From positions 747,397 through 811,396 of the forward strand of contig NMRA01000048.1 in assembly GCA_002633005.1 (NCBI GenBank): a DNA stretch of 64,000 nt, written 5' to 3'. Shown here piece after piece: positions 12,101 to 27,192 of the stretch; within the stretch, counting starts at the first letter, position 1; every line of letters begins with the position of its first letter. The translations under genes were made by a program, and so were the position numbers. The notes beneath the pieces were generated by a model. It saw only the letters and a program-made list of their open reading frames with translations. It did not search any database and was not told where the DNA came from. Source of the stretch: Phoronis australis (lineage: Eukaryota; Animalia; Phoronida).

Positions 12101-15100
12101 TTATGCAGAGATCTCATGCCTGCTGTGTTGGTTTGGTAGAATGGGAGGGATGGGTGGACTGTCTGCAAGTGTTCTCATGACGGGCGTTTGAGTTTCAATT
12201 AAATCTTGCACGTGAAGAGCAGGAAATGGTCGATGAAGGGTGACAGGTCGCAGAGTCTCGGTGACTGGCATGCTATCTGTCTGACGGGGACGCTAGAATG
12301 AGAAAATTTAACACATTACATAACACGGTTATTGAGACGTAAATTATATCAGCACGATGTAATGTATAAAAGTGACAAAAGATGTTACACGTTCAAGGTA
12401 CAGTCACACCAACGCAGTTCTCAGTATGATCTCAGAAACTGGTATAAGTAGAGTGGGGAATAAATGTTGTACAAGCAGTGTCAGATACTCATCCACAGTA
12501 GAAGCCAAGTTTTCTCCTGAGACCAAAGGAAACAGTTTGAGTTAAACAACCTCTCTCGATCATGGTGTTGTGCTTCCCTCTATTAACCAAAGTAACCCTC
12601 CGGGGTCAAGTCAAATTTCGCCAGCAAAGTTATAGCCAAGACAGAAATCACTTATTTTAGAAATATTTGTTGTGAAGAATTTAATTATCACATTATAATA
12701 TCGACACAAAAGCGGCCAAGAACAGTGGCAAACTTAGAAGGGGAACAAAGGCTCCTGTTCCAATTTAGTATTTTCCCAATTTTGTAAGTAAGAGGTCGGA
12801 GATGCAGTCAAGGGGCTTCCTATGCCACATGTTGGATATGTACAGAGATTATGCACCCCTAACTCAAATTTCTGGATCTGCCTTGGCATAAGAAATCAAT
12901 AAACCCAAATAAGCATGATAGAGCACAGTCTTCTTTGCTGCATCCACAACAATAAATGAAGTGAATTCTAAACCACTATCTCACACATAGAGACATTATA
13001 CCAGAAAGCAAGACCCACCTGTTTAGGTCCTTTCTTCACACGAGCTCCCTCGCGCACAGTAACACCAGCTGAGACTTCCATCTGCTCAATCTGAAACATA
13101 TAGATACGTTACTAAATTCACACTAGTTTGTGGTAGTTGCATTCCACTTGAGACAGCCTAGGACAACTGACACACCTGATTGAGAACCCACAGCATCCTC
13201 ATCACTACATAGTGCAATGAGTCTTGCATCATACGGTGAAGTAAAGGAGTGCATGGGTAAAAAATATTGATTGCACTTCACTGGCTGCATGGTCTAGCAG
13301 ATGAAGCAGTAGACATGCTACTACAACATTGTGGACTTGATTTCTGGCTTTCGTGGGTAATAGTCGGATATGACCACCTTGATCCACTGAATTACAACCC
13401 ATGCCATGCCAAATGACGTCATATGGAGGCTGCAAGGTATTTCCTTTGTTATCAACTGTGGGATGCTATCATTGTTTCCCTTTGTTGTTTTTGTTGGATG
13501 TAACAATGGTTGCACGGATACCGTACCTTGGGCGCACATCAGCCAGTTGCAGATAAATACTTACCATTATCTTTAATATAAGAAAGAAAAACAAAGTGGA
13601 CAATGGATATGCCTATCTACCAATATCTATGTGACGAGCTTGCAACCTAGTTTCCTGTCAAAGGCATGAAACTGTTTCTCAAAATGGGAACACATTACAT
13701 CATTTCATGAGCTATTGTTATATTTGTGAGTGATCATGTAAACCTGAAAATTACTAGGAATAAATTCTTTTTCTTGTTATAATTCAACAATAATGATATT
13801 CCAACTTGTTTTGAACACCAAAAAAGACTCTTATGATATTGTTCGTCACTTCATTGAGATAACTGCTACCAAAGAAATACAGAATACTGTCAAATTCTGG
13901 TGACTGACTTTCCTGGCAGGATTTATCAGACCAATGAAATCAATAGCCAATGAATGTTACTTAAAATTTTAACAAAACACATCAGATGCAACAGTCACTC
14001 TGAAAACATACCAGAGGTGGTGGTAGAGGGTCGACACGACTTTGTCCAGCTGTAGATTTACTTATGAGCTTGGCTGCAAAAACAAAGAAAAGTCATTGAT
14101 CTACACACAAATAAATCATATTTTCAAGAAAACTACTTATAAAAGGACAAAGTGAACATAACCTTAATTACATCGCTTAAAATTTGCTTGTCATTCTAAA
14201 ATTTCGGGAAATTCTCAATAACCTTAATTGTCAAACTAGGCTCCGAGTCAAATGCATCAACAAAGGGTTTAAGGCAAAATGGACTCACTCGCTTTTAGCC
14301 CTCCTGGTGACTTTGACCCTATCCTCTTGCTCTTCACTGGTGGCGCCACCGAGGGAGCCTTTGGTTGAATTTTCTTATTCATCACAAACTTTCCTGTCCT
14401 CATAGCTTCAAGCCTGGCCTGGGCTGCCTCCACAGCTGGGTCCACGATGTGATATTTCGTTTTTACCCTAGAAATTAGCAGATAGCTCATAAAGTGACAG
14501 TTATCTGGTACAAACAAGACAAAAAAATTGTGAGGGGCAACATTGACAAATAAACTGTGGTTCTAAATATAAATCAAGGTCCAACAAAAAGTTGTCTCAT
14601 GCCAGAATCCAACAATTTTGGGTTAATAGTTCACATTTTGCAGAATGGTTGAAGCAACAAGATACTAAGAGTGGGGTTCTTAATCAAATTGTAAACGGAT
14701 TGCGATGTGGGAGCGACCAATTTCGATATCAATACACTTAAGCTCATTTTGATTCGATTCTTCATTCCAGTATACTCCATTAGCTGGTCTCACAAAGTTA
14801 CAACTGATTAGTATGTTTTGTAAAGTGTTATTGCAATATTGAACACATAAACATCTCAGGATCATTCATAAGTTGAAATGTTATCATAATTAAACAATTT
14901 TTATCTTAAATTTATGGAAATAAAAATTTTTGTTACATACTTTCAAACAAAAAATGACTTTGTCCAACATCTCTTCCTAGTCTTTGCCTTCGCTGAGGCA
15001 AGTATAGTTTGAGAAAAATGGATTAATTTGACAAACACGAATCAAAAATAATCAAATTCCTTCTAAAAGGAATTGAATCAAATACCTAAAAATGTTTATC

Positions 15101-18100
15101 ATCCCACCCTAACTGCAGAGAATTTATGACAAAACAAAATAATTTTCATACTGAACTGCTTCTTGCTACTTCCATAAGGTGAAATAGATACCTATGAGAG
15201 GGTAACCTTTCTGGATGGAGTTTAACCACAGCAACGACATTACCAAACTGGTCGTACTGCACATCTCTGGTACCAGGGGGACGACCAGTCTGAACCTGAA
15301 GTGGACATAGACATTTAGTTACTACAGAGAAGCCTAATAAAGTCACGATGTTACAATACAGTCCTGGATGAGGTTTTCAACAAGGCACAACAACAGCTTT
15401 ACAATGTAAAACTGCCATAAAGATAAAAAAGATTTTGCTGAGTGAGCTGCAAGCTTACAGATATGGTTGACCATGAAATACACCACATTTACTCATCTCT
15501 TTGAAATTAAAAGAATTTGAACACTTTGAAGTTTTAACTGGTTAAATTAAAGCTAGAAACCAATTATATTCAGCATAAAGGTGTAGGTTGACTTTGTCAT
15601 AAATTGATGCATCTAACGCAAACACCACATGATACAGAGTTTATATAATAACCTAAATAACAAACATGCCTTTCAACCGTAAAACACAGACAAAACATAA
15701 ACAGCATTGCAAGACTTTACAGCATGCAAAGAAAAGTGATTCAGTCTATATTCAAGATAGAGAATTACAGAATGCTAAACTAAAATTGATTCCTGCTTTG
15801 CTTCAGCAGAGAACAGTATGCAAAACGCTCAACAGAGTGCAGCACTGTCAAATCACTCATGCACACTCACCTCATCTGTTGACTAAAAGTTACAATGGTG
15901 ACAAAACATATTTTGTTAGTGGGTTAGTATTCAACATCCAATGCATTAAAGGTAATTGTCAACCTTCCTGAAATCCTTTCACATTTCATCAAGTAACTTT
16001 TTAACTGCTCATTTCAACCCATAAATTATACATTTTCTGAAAAAGCTTATTATTCACACCTTTTTTTCTGAAAAATTTTGCTTTGAACACGGACTTCTAA
16101 AAACCCTAAAAAGTGGGCAACTCTGTGTATCTACTTAAAAGGTACACTGCCAATACACAAGGAAAAATGTCTAAAACCTTTTTATTTATGCTGAACATAG
16201 AGAGATATCAAACATCAAAGTCCTTATTAGAAGAGCATCCTAATTAGTATTCATCATTGATGGTCGATATCTCAGCTGTTTGATAAACAATAAAAAAACA
16301 CCTCTGCCTTTATACCATTTAGTAAATTTTGTTTAATATGATGCGATTTCCATTCTCACAAACTACCTTTAGTTTCACTATACTCAAAATCTCCAATAAG
16401 ACACTTTTGGCTGAATCTAGCGCTGTCTAATAGCTGACTGAGAAAGTCATACAAAACTGGCTCAAATGGTATATAAAACATTTATATAACTTCGGATTTT
16501 CGATCACAGCTATCATTACGAGGAAACAAGGGTAAACGAAATATAAGCATGCATGAGTAATGACCGGTTGCTTAACACACCAAACAAAGGCTGAGGCAGA
16601 GGGCACAGTTCAATTAGTGTGCTTTTACTTCATTTAACCTTTGCGTCCTTGTGATGATTGATTGGATCCATGATCGAAGACCCCAAATTATATTGATTTT
16701 GTTCTTACTGTCTATGTTTATATGTATGGGGACATTTGGTTATTAAATAGCCTAGATCAAAGATAGAAGAGTTTTATTTGGGATCTTGAGTATAAAAAAA
16801 CTTATTAAGGTAGTTTGGAACCGAAACCATGCCAGTTCAATAAAATTTGCGTCAAGAAAGGACTAGTATCTAAATAGACTAACATAAAATAAGTGAGAAA
16901 ACTTGTATTAATAGAGCCTGGTCTCAAGTTGTATAGAGTCTGGTCTCAAGTTGTATAGAGTCTGGTCTCAAGTATTATAGAGCCTGGTCTCAAGTTGTAT
17001 AGAGTCTGGTCTCAAGTTGTATAGAGTCTGGTCTCAAGTTGTATAGAGTCTGGTCTCAAGTTGTATAGAGTCTGGTCTCAAGTTGTATAGAGCCTGGTCT
17101 CAAGTTTTATAGAGCCTGATCTCAAGTTGTAATGAACTGTCAGTTCTTTCCAAGTCCAGAAATCAGATCTATTTTGACTCAGAAACAATTTGAGACCAAA
17201 TTCATAATGATGGGTGGTATAAATCGAAAGTTGATTTTTAAATGGAATTACAAAAACTCTCAAAATAGAAAAGTTTAGCGTGCTTCCTAGGCAGACGCAT
17301 TTCACGGATAGAAAAGGATTTGGCAGCTTTCATGGTTTAAACACATACAACATTTTATAACATTTATTTGAACTAATGTGTTTAGTACAACCGTATTCAC
17401 CCAGATGAACGCCCACACTCAACTGAAGGCCCACCAACCAATTTCTAATTAAAAATGCTTACTTTTAACTGACCATGTTTTGTAATAGCCACCACTGCCG
17501 ATATTTTTTTTAATGTAAATTTGTCTCTTAAACGTGAGTTGCTGACATATGGGTATTAACCTGAATCAGCTGTTCCTGTAAATATCTGCCAAGACTTTTC
17601 AAACAATGTTTTAAAAATAGGCAGCTCAATTTTACATCCGTCAATTTAAACACACTAGGTGTTAACCCGAGTGAATACGATATCATCACTCCAAGTACAT
17701 TTCCCTGACATCAGCCAGACTAACCTTTAATATACTGTGGCATGAGGCTGGCATCTGTAGCAGTTCTTGAGGCAAATCCTCCAGGGAGCACTGCTCCATT
17801 TCACCCGCCATCTCCGTCATTCTCAGCTGACTCTCCCGCTGATCTAAAGTCTCTGTCATTCGACTGATGCCAGCAGACTTCATTCTGCCGAGGTAGGGAC
17901 GGAATTTGATTTTTCTACTTTGCTTCTCCGGCGTATCTGTTGGCTGTGATGGTGAAGGAAACTTTATAATACTCCTATGACATAAGCTCTTCTAGGTTAT
18001 GTAGTCAATAAGTCAAATATCTAAAACACTATAGATTTTAACTCAGTAAAAGTCCATATTTTCTGAAAGTAGAATCACTGTATGTTAAGATTTCTTAAAA

Positions 18101-21100
18101 TCATGCTTCATGTCTCTATTGACAAAGATACTTTAATATTAATGGGAAAATTCAAATTATTTACTGCTGTTTGTTTTTCTAGCCAGGTTTACTTTTAAGC
18201 CAGCAATAGTGCCCAGTAATAGTGCCCAGTAATAGTGCCCAGTAATAGTGCCCAGTAATAGTGCCCAGTAATAGTGCCCAGTAATAGTGCCCAGTAATAG
18301 TGCCCAGTAATAGTGCCCAGTAATAGTGCCCACTTGGGCATGGGAGTTACCTCGTTTAGTTACAGATTTATCTTTCATTAGCTTATCTATAATGTGACTA
18401 TTGATACCTGTTCTTCCACAGACTCTCGTCTGTCTATAGGTATGATATCTTCAGCGAGTATTTTGTCGGCAACATTGAACTCAGCAAATGGATCTGGCAT
18501 TTGCTCTTCCTCCTGTGATTCAAGCTCTTCAACACTAGGAGAAAAAAAACATCCTGTGCGTTCACTTCTTCAACTTCTTTTAATATTTCAGTATTTTTGC
18601 ACACAATCATTCATTAGACTGCTTCAATTTTGACTTCACCAAGATACCATAATTTTAAAAAATACACTGACAACTATTGTGAAATGAAGTCAACTTAGTG
18701 ATAACTGCAGCCTGGTCATTTTTGTTGAAACAGTGTCCCACTACCATGTCTACTACAGAAATTCTTAAGAACAATGCGTAGTGACTGAGGGCTGTAAGGA
18801 ACAAGCGGAATACTGCTACTGGCTATGTGACGTCAAATAAACTTTGATTTTACTGACTGTGGAACAACAGCATTTGCACACATATAATTATATGCTTACT
18901 TGCAAATTCACAATAAAATCTCACCAATTTCGGATAAAAAATTAGCTAGAATTGTCTTTTTTTCATATTTTGAGATCTTCTAATGTCAAAGAGATTATTT
19001 TTCAAAATCTTGTGGGTTGGTAGGTATGTAGGTATGAAAAAACCTATCACTTGTCCACTATATCGTGTCCTAAATTGTCCACAGTAATTCACCTGGCAGG
19101 TTCTGGTTCTTCCTCCTCCTTAATAGTCATCACAGTGGATGACCTGGACATGAGCTTAAACTGTTTGGGTACTGACCCCTGGGCCCAGCAGTCAGTCACA
19201 GCTGGTTCAGGTTCTGCAAGTAAATCATAAACATTGCATGTTCCTACTCTTAAGTATAAGGAGCACTGCAGAACCATAAGACAAATTCTAAGAATAAATT
19301 ATATCTCTCGTGTAGACCGATCAAAAGAACAGGAAACATGTCATTCTGTGCTTGAACATTGAGCAAACAAGAGTTGAAAGACAAAAATCCTTGTAAGCTG
19401 CAGATTAGAGTTGAAGCTATGACCAAGTTTAAGGCTTCATTTTGCTCCTATTTAACTGTCAATGTTGAATTCTTATAACCGAAGTGCTTCAAGGATTACG
19501 ATGCTCATTTGATTTTGAATTATTGCCAAATGAGTCAGTAACTCAAGTCACAGTCAATGTGTAAATGTACAATTTTAGTTATGACCAAGCACTCTAAAGC
19601 ATTTTTTGAGTTGCTGATGACTTCAACGTTCTTGCTGGTCATGGCAATAGAATCCTATCATGCTGAATTAAGTAGAGTAAAAGGCAGAATTCAACTTTTG
19701 TCTTTAAGCCTTCTATATAAGGTGAAATTTAGGTATAAATGATGTTAATTGGCAAATCAAAGCACTACCTTCCTCCTGTTGCCAGGTAACATCCGCTTCC
19801 GGGTTACTCTCACCCTCATCACGAGCCAAAAATTGCCACTGAAAAATATAAGCACATACCGTGATAAATGATGAAGCAAAATATTGCTTAGTGACTGAAT
19901 GTTTTGCCAAGACTTATCATTACTAAAACCAAAATTTGTTGAAGAGAGCAGGCCACAAGATAGAAGCTCAACAAATATGAAAACAGAAAATGTACACCAT
20001 TTCAATAAATCTCAACACATTGACACCAGTTATAGTTTGAATTAAACATTATTAATATTAGAGTAATATTGAAACATTGTTTTCATGCTCCACTCTAACA
20101 TAATTTTTGTTTTCCACTTCTTAGTTCAATACCATGTCTCATAAGCACCCAACTCAAAGGACATGCTCATAAGGTGTGGAAACAATACCTCAATAATCAT
20201 GAGCAGTGCATCCCGAGCCTGGGTAATGGTGAAAGGTAGTAGCTGTTCTTCAATATAGTTGTCATAGATCACTTGTATAGTATTGTCAACAAGTTCATCC
20301 AGAATGTCACAGACAAAGTCATTGGTGTCGTCTTTCTCCAACATGACATTCCTGGAAAAGATGTCACGAGAATTCAAAATGTAGAAAAAAATAATTTACA
20401 CTTAAACCAGTCAGTTAAATTTATTTGTACTTGTAGCAAAACTTTCTCAATGACAGACCAAACTGCTCTCAGTTAATACTCTCCATTTATTAAACTTTGT
20501 GGAAAATGACAGCAGAGCAAAAGATTCAGGAAATCAAGATCGTTCAACTATTAAGCTGTTTTTTGTGACATTTATATTTTCTTGTGAATTATTGAATGAT
20601 CGCATTAAAGTGTCATTCAAATTAATTGTTGTTTTCATTTTTCAATGTGCTGTAACCGCCCAATACTCCCACCACACTGTTTGTCCATCAATGATTTGTG
20701 CCTCTCTTCCATACATTTGAATTCACTGACTTATCTTGCTGCTCTACACAGCATACTTCAGTAAAGCTAAGGGTAAGAGTGTTATTTAGAATTCAACAAA
20801 GATCTTTTAATAGTATAAGCAATGCATTTGCAGAGCTTAGTCTGACTTACATAATCCTCATTTGTTCATCCAGACTAAAGGTCTGAATCATGGTGATGGT
20901 GGATCTTTCACTATTTGCAGACATGCAGTCATTACTACCATCAATTAAAGTATGTGCTTTTGCTTTTGACCGTTTTGACCCTGATAACATTTGCACGACT
21001 CTGTTAAAATGTTTTTTGGGAGACATTTTAGCTCAAGTTTCTAGTTAATAATTTTAAAAATTGTTTGAATTTCTAATCACATGTCACAGTGATATCATAA

Positions 21101-23131
21101 TCATCTGAGTGAATCCAATATGCTCCAGCTACAACCGAAAGACACTGACGACACTTCTAAAACTTCCAAGTTCCTACATGGTGTTAAACATTGAACATAT
21201 CTGAAACAAACTGTGTTTGGTGTATGATATTACCATTAGCTAGCTCTTTGTGTCTATGGACAATGGAAGTAAACCATAGGTGTGTAGGAGATGAACATTG
21301 AGTGACTGTGAATCTTGAAATTTTTCAGGAATACTAAACTATGATTGAAAATTAAAAATTTGATATGTGTATGAAACATGAATCATCATCAGACAGGTTA
21401 CATATTGTTATTCTCTCATGATTTGGTTCAGGCCATATTAGTTAGAATGGCACCAAAACCATGTTATTGTTCGTGGGTCACATGTTTGGAGCAGTATGAT
21501 GGAAGACCCATATTTGATGAGGGCACAAGTTCTAATGCTTCAAATTGTATTTATAATGTTTTTGCAATAAATACAGATAAAGTAAATTTAAATACATGGA
21601 AAAAACAAAAAAAATATTTCAGTACAATCAAGAAAGGAAGGTTTGTAATGTGGCACAAACCAACCAAATCCAAAGAGGAATTCCATGTTCAGCGACTCCG
21701 CACTCACACCTAGATAAAGATGAGATATGGGTAAAAGAGGAGTAAATGAGCCCCTTGTGAAAATGGCAGCAGGGAACCAATTTTCACTAAGTAATGGCAA
21801 TATCTCTTAATCATTGTGAACTAGTTCTTGGAAGCCATTTTGAAGAGGGACCCGTTTTCTCCACTTTTACAGGGATATGCATGAAAGCAAAAAACAATAG
21901 GGGTATTGGGTCCATGATTTGAAATTGATTTGAGACCCATGCATCCAACTATTACCAGGGCAGGGCAGTGTGCATTGGGGCAAAAATATGATTGTCATAT
22001 TTGCCACATGTTTGTTGTGCACACACTAAATTCAGCTGAACAATTGGGAAGCGTGATATATAAATACATATACATATGTATATATACAAATTACATAACA
22101 TATTGCTACCTACATTATTTACGAGATATGTCTTCACAATTGGTTTCAACCTAGGCAATGACCATCGCCTCTGTTGGCCCGAACCAGAGGCTATAGGCGC
22201 TCTGTACGCCGGAAGCTTTTCGGCGAATTATGCCTCGCACCGACTAAACCATCAAAGTCACGTTGTTATAAATACCTTTTGCGCATAGAGGAACACCTTA
22301 GGAGGCTGTCGATGTGATGACACCCACACGTGCGCGGTCGGGGTTTGACTTGAGTTTAAAAACAAACGAAAAAATGGAACAGTGACATATTGTCAGTTCA
22401 ATGAGATAGTGTCATTGTAGAAAAAGATTTTATTTTCAACTTTTATAACCGATTTATGCGATCGTCCATTTTAGGCCGACTTGGGGGTCTAAATTGCACC
22501 CTCTCTCGGTGAAATCAAAACGAGGCAACGCTGTAAAAAAACGAGACGGTGTCGGACATTGAATGCATTACAACGGAACAAAAATTGGTGTCATTTAATT
22601 CTCAGATTATGCTTCAAGTAAGATTCTATGAAATGTCCGATATTTAGGTTCCGTCCGATAATTAGGTACACTATGTGTAGTTTTGTAATGTACCAAATTT
22701 TTTCAGTCCAAATACTGCTTCAAAAATGCAGATCATGATCGTTACGGCACTGGTCTATATAGTGGTCCCTAATTTAGAGAACCAGTTCGTCCACTAAATA
22801 ATGGGACCGCTACATCCGACCAGTGCTGATCATTACAAAAACCGTCTCCTGGAAGTCTTTCAAATTTTGATCACTAGGCTATTTCAAAGTTCAAGATTGA
22901 GTCGACACCGCATTAACTATGAATAAGAATTAGGTAAACTACGACCAGAGGATTTTCTAATGCGTCCATGAGAAACAATGTATAGATCAAAATATTCGGC
23001 TATGCCTATACTACCTACCAGTCATGATCGCTGAACTTTCCTGCAACAATTTCATGTTGAACTGCGGGAGGTTGCGCAGATGTCGCACCTTTTTTGTCAG
23101 CTCTAGACTTCGTAACAGTTTGTCTGGACAT
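12101..23131 (-). CDS. C2orf81: C2orf81-like (DUF4639) protein, 11 coding exons, 489 aa
   Basis: Exons (minus) 23019-23131, 20189-20351, 19769-19838, 19093-19213, 18408-18534, 17725-17991, 15192-15295, 14289-14467, 14012-14073, 13019-13090, 12101-12292; all GT-AG, phases compatible, total 1470 nt ending TAA. N-terminus MSRQTVTKSRADKK...EIVAGKFSDHDW...[29 protein letters not shown]...EEEPEPAVTDCWAQGSVP matches my recollection of C2orf81 ([28 protein letters not shown]...TDSWAQGSVP). Candidate polyA signal (AATAAA, minus) at 11281-11286. Exon 6 acceptor is the least certain. Confidence 0.9.
16911..17131. repeat. 22-bp tandem repeat x~10
   Basis: ATAGAGTCTGGTCTCAAGTTGT units. Confidence 0.95.
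18205..18331. repeat. 13-bp tandem repeat x~10
   Basis: AATAGTGCCCAGT units. Confidence 0.95.
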
Positions 23132-23254
23132 CTTAAGATATGTGAAATAAAGAACTGCGTATATTAAATCCTTCTAAAACATGTATTTGATATCCATGTT
23201 GCCCTTCAACACTTCTAAGACATACTGCAATATAACATTCTAATCCCACAAAAA

Positions 23255-23310
23255 TTTCCAAGATGGTGTACTCGTTTCTATGGTTTACGAGATCTCGTGA
23301 GATTCTCCCA
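23255..23310. promoter_or_regulatory. Putative promoter of C2orf81-like gene with RFX X-box-like site and TCTCGTGAGA near-palindrome
   Basis: GTTTCTATGGTTTAC (23274-23288) resembles an X-box; TCTCGTGAGA (23293-23302) is one base from the TCTCGCGAGA promoter element; ~150 bp upstream of ATG. Confidence 0.5.
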
Positions 23311-23404
23311 CCCGTTTAATAGAAACAAACTATAGCCAGCTCAAAAATAACTGTAAATAAGCAATTTTATATTTAATTCCCATAAAAAATCATTTAAAAT
23401 TCAT

Positions 23405-24770
23405 ATTATATTTATTTAAAGTCATCGTTTTGCATCAAATATTCATATCATTGTTTAACGTGCGAAAATTTGTCTACACAACAATGCTACCCAGTCGTTA
23501 AAAACAGTTTTGAGTGGAAGAGAGTGTCTTGTGCTGGTTCATTCAGTGTGCACTTTATTGTATATTCGGTCACAATGTTCACTAAGAAACGGTATTTATT
23601 GATTTTATCTCTTGCATACTTGTTAAGGCTCTAGTGCTTCTAGGTCCGTTAAATTTCGGATGTCGCTATTTGTTTAGTTACTTTACTAGTTAGGCTGTTA
23701 CTGTTAGGGTTGCCATTGCAAATGCATTTTAACCATGTCCCCCCCCCCATCCTGACTCCCTGAGTCCTGGCAGGCGACACTGGCGCTGCTCGCATCATAG
23801 CTTTCCCTTATTTAGAGATCCAGTTTGATCCACTGAATCATGAACTCGTTATTCAGGTATTGCCAATTTCTCAAAATTAAGGACAAGGACCACTTGCTGC
23901 CTCCTGATGTCAGTGCTGTTGCAGACCAAGTAGGCCACCCGACCAAGTTAACTTGGTCGGCTTACATGGTCGGACCTCGCAGACCAAGTAGATACCTCCG
24001 ACCGAGTTGCAAGGTACCGTTGATACCTGAATGTTTGCCATAGTGTTATAATATGAACGGTTCCACCAAATACGTTTTTTTNNNNNNNNNNNNNNNNNNN
24101 NNNNNNNNNNNNNNNNNNNNNNNNNNNNNNNNNNNNNNNNNNNNNNNNNNNNNNNNNNNNNNNNNNNNNNNNNNNNNNNNNNNNNNNNNNNNNNNNNNNN
24201 NNNNNNNNNNNNNNNNNNNNNNNNNNNNNNNNNNNNNNNNNNNNNNNNNNNNNNNNNNNNNNNNNNNNNNNNNNNATATTATATTTATTTAAAGTCATCG
24301 TTTTGCATCAAATATTCATATAATTGTTTAACGTGCGAAAATTTGTCTACACAACAATGCTACCCAGTCGTTAAAAACAGTTTTGAGTGGAAGAGAGTGT
24401 CTTGTGCTGGTTCATACGTGTGCACTTTTTTGTATATTCGGTCACAATGTTCACTAAGAAACGGTATTTATTGATTTTATCTCTTGCATACTTGTTAAGG
24501 CTCTAGTGCTTCTAGGTCCGTTAAATTTCGGATGTCGCTATTTGTTTAGTTACTTTACTAGTTAGGCTGTTACTGTAGTGTTAGGGGCATTTTAACCATG
24601 TCCCCCCTATCCTGACTCCCTGAGTCCTGGCAGGCGACACTGGCGCTGCTCGCATCATGGCTTTCCCTTATTTAGAGATCCAGTTTGATCCACTGAATCA
24701 TGAACTCGTTATTCAGGTATTGCCAATTTCTCAAAATCAAGGACCACTTGCTGCCTCCTGATGTCAGTGC
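23405..24770. other. ~500-bp near-identical duplication flanking assembly gap 24082-24275 (likely both haplotypes)
   Basis: 23405-23915 vs 24276-24770 differ by few SNPs/indels; second copy starts exactly at the gap edge. Confidence 0.8.
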
Positions 24771-25189
24771 CACTATTTCAGCTAGTACTAACTAATAGTA
24801 CTGGCTGAATTGAGAAGATGGCCATCCCATACTCCCATAGACCCTTTGTATGCTGGAAGCTTTTCTGCAAATTATGCCTCACACTGACTAAACCATCAAA
24901 GTCAGCAAGGGTATAGAAATGCACGTTGGTCCAAGGGCACGGACCAGTGGAATTTGGCATGTGTCTAGTGGAGTAGTGAAACTTTTGAGCTGGCTAGACC
25001 GATGTCTAGCGAATGTTGAAATGGGATGGTGAAATAAATTGCCTCAATAGCCCAATGTCTCAGACTGACAGCTTTCTGTAGCCTTAGCACAGCCACCGTA
25101 CTGCCCGTTGATGACTGTTTCGAGGAGTCGACATACCATAACGAATTTGAGGAAAACACACACGATGCTAGGCAGTGACTGCGGGCGCT

Positions 25190-25660
25190 TCATATGTCGG
25201 AAGCTTTTCAGCGAATTATGCCTTGTACTGACTAAAGCATCAAAGTCACATTGTTATAAATACCTTTTGCTCACAAAGGGGCACCTTAGGAGGCTGCTGA
25301 TGTATGTAGTTCCTTCCAACTCGAACAAAAACTCCCATTATCAAACTTTTTCTTTGAGCAATCCCTCGTTCAGTTTCCAAAACTGGTAACTCACCATTTT
25401 TAACACTGCGTGTGCCAGGTGGCATGATGCCATATCTCCTGGCACGTGCAATGTTAAAAATGGTGAGTTACCAATTTTGGGAACTGAGCGAGGGATTACT
25501 CAAAGAAAAAGTTTGATAACGGGAGTATTTGGAAAGAATCAAATACATCGACAGCCTCATAAGGTGTCCCTCTATGTGCAAGAGGTATTTATAACAACGT
25601 AGTGTTGATGTTTTAGTTGGTGCGAGGCATAATTCGTCGAAAATCTTCCGGCGTATGAAG
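25190..25660. repeat. ~470-bp imperfect foldback palindrome
   Basis: Arms 25196-25419 and 25438-25655 are reverse complements (e.g. GGTAACTCACCATTTTTAACA / TGTTAAAAATGGTGAGTTACC); outer arm module also at 22205-22313 and 24850-24905. Confidence 0.85.
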
Positions 25661-27192
25661 CGCTATTGGAGCTTCACAGTCTCTACTGCGGAGCCAGTAG
25701 AGACTGTGGTCTCTGTCTAAATTGACGCATGCCTGGCTAAAAAGGGGGTTCCAATCGTTTCCCATCATATGAAAACGCCCAATTACGGGAATCCCATGAT
25801 GACATGCAGCCTTCACAACAGGACAATCACACGTGATCATTCCAAAACTGAATTGTGATTGGTTGACGGACAAATTAAATGAGATCGTCTGCCTAACACC
25901 AATGCCTCAGAAGCAGGATGGCAAGTGGGTAAAAGCAATGAAATGATTCCCTCACAAATGATTTTTAGTTGGTTTAGGTTATATCCAAACGGACAACTAT
26001 ACTAGAATTGAAAATTCTAATGCTTCGTGTCACACCTGCCAAGACTGCTAAGAAAGCACTATCTGTACATTGGCCGTAACTACTAAATTCAACTACTGTG
26101 GTACCGTGGTCCCACTTTAAACTGTCATAAATTTGCCACTTGTTAACGTACAGTCCGAATTTTGGTATCCATGTGCTCAAGAAACACTTAGAATTTGTTT
26201 CACAATATCAGTTTATTAGTTAATGAACTTTGAAGTTCACGCATTTTCCAACTTCACACACAATCATGATACATGTCTGTGATGTCATCAATATCAAGGG
26301 ATATTTAGTGATGGATTTTTGTACAGTAATCGCGCTTCAATTATACACATAAGGTAAAATTTCAAAGGCTTGTTCCTTTGTAAAACACTCAAAATTTTAC
26401 CATTTTTTTATGATAACTAAGGTGTTTAGTCTACCCTCCTGATACACTGATCAACAGATCCAGTGGTGGATGTCACAGGTTTCAACATACGTATATCCGC
26501 TTAGTTGCTATGACAGAACTCATGAAAGTCAACAATCAATTACTTATTATGACAGAGGGGCCATGGCTTGAAAATTTTAATGCTCACCCTGCTGTTGACT
26601 TTTGGTTTCACAAATCCACAGGAATGCGTCATGTGGATGGCCACCGATACCAATTGAGATCAGAAGTAGATGCATTGCCCTCTTTTTAATAAATAAAAGT
26701 TTAAACTGAAGTCACATATTTTTCCGTGCACACGTTATGCTAAATTGTAGTTGTATGGGCCGATCAGCTTCTTCTGGTGGTCAAGTTTTCTTTTATCAGT
26801 CCTTCATTCAGTTGCCCAAGTCGGCAACTGGCCATGTAAACTGCTCGTGCCAAAAGATTTGACATCATAGGCACAATTTGCCAAAAAGCTTTTGGGCGTA
26901 TGAATGGCCACCATATCTACTACTAGTTGAGATGGTGGGACTGTCTACCTGACAGTCCTGCTGGCAAGCAATCTAGATGTTCAAATCGGGAGAATTTCAT
27001 TATATCACGAAAACTGCACTGCGTGGTGAGACTTTTGGCATATCAGAAGAACTTTACTGGCTTGAGAAGGGCTCCACATAATAAGCTATATGTGAAATTT
27101 AGAAATGCAAGCTGAGACTTTGAAATTCCATCTCATGAGGGGCGAGGGCCGTTCGTTCACTTCTGTCCGTAATCAAATATCATTCAATAGAA

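Noticed and set aside
18157-18378. Repetitive ORF GTITGHYYWALLL
   Set aside because: Translation of the 13-bp intronic minisatellite.
23405-24770. Apparent recent tandem duplication
   Set aside because: Second copy begins at the gap edge; typical uncollapsed haplotype overlap.
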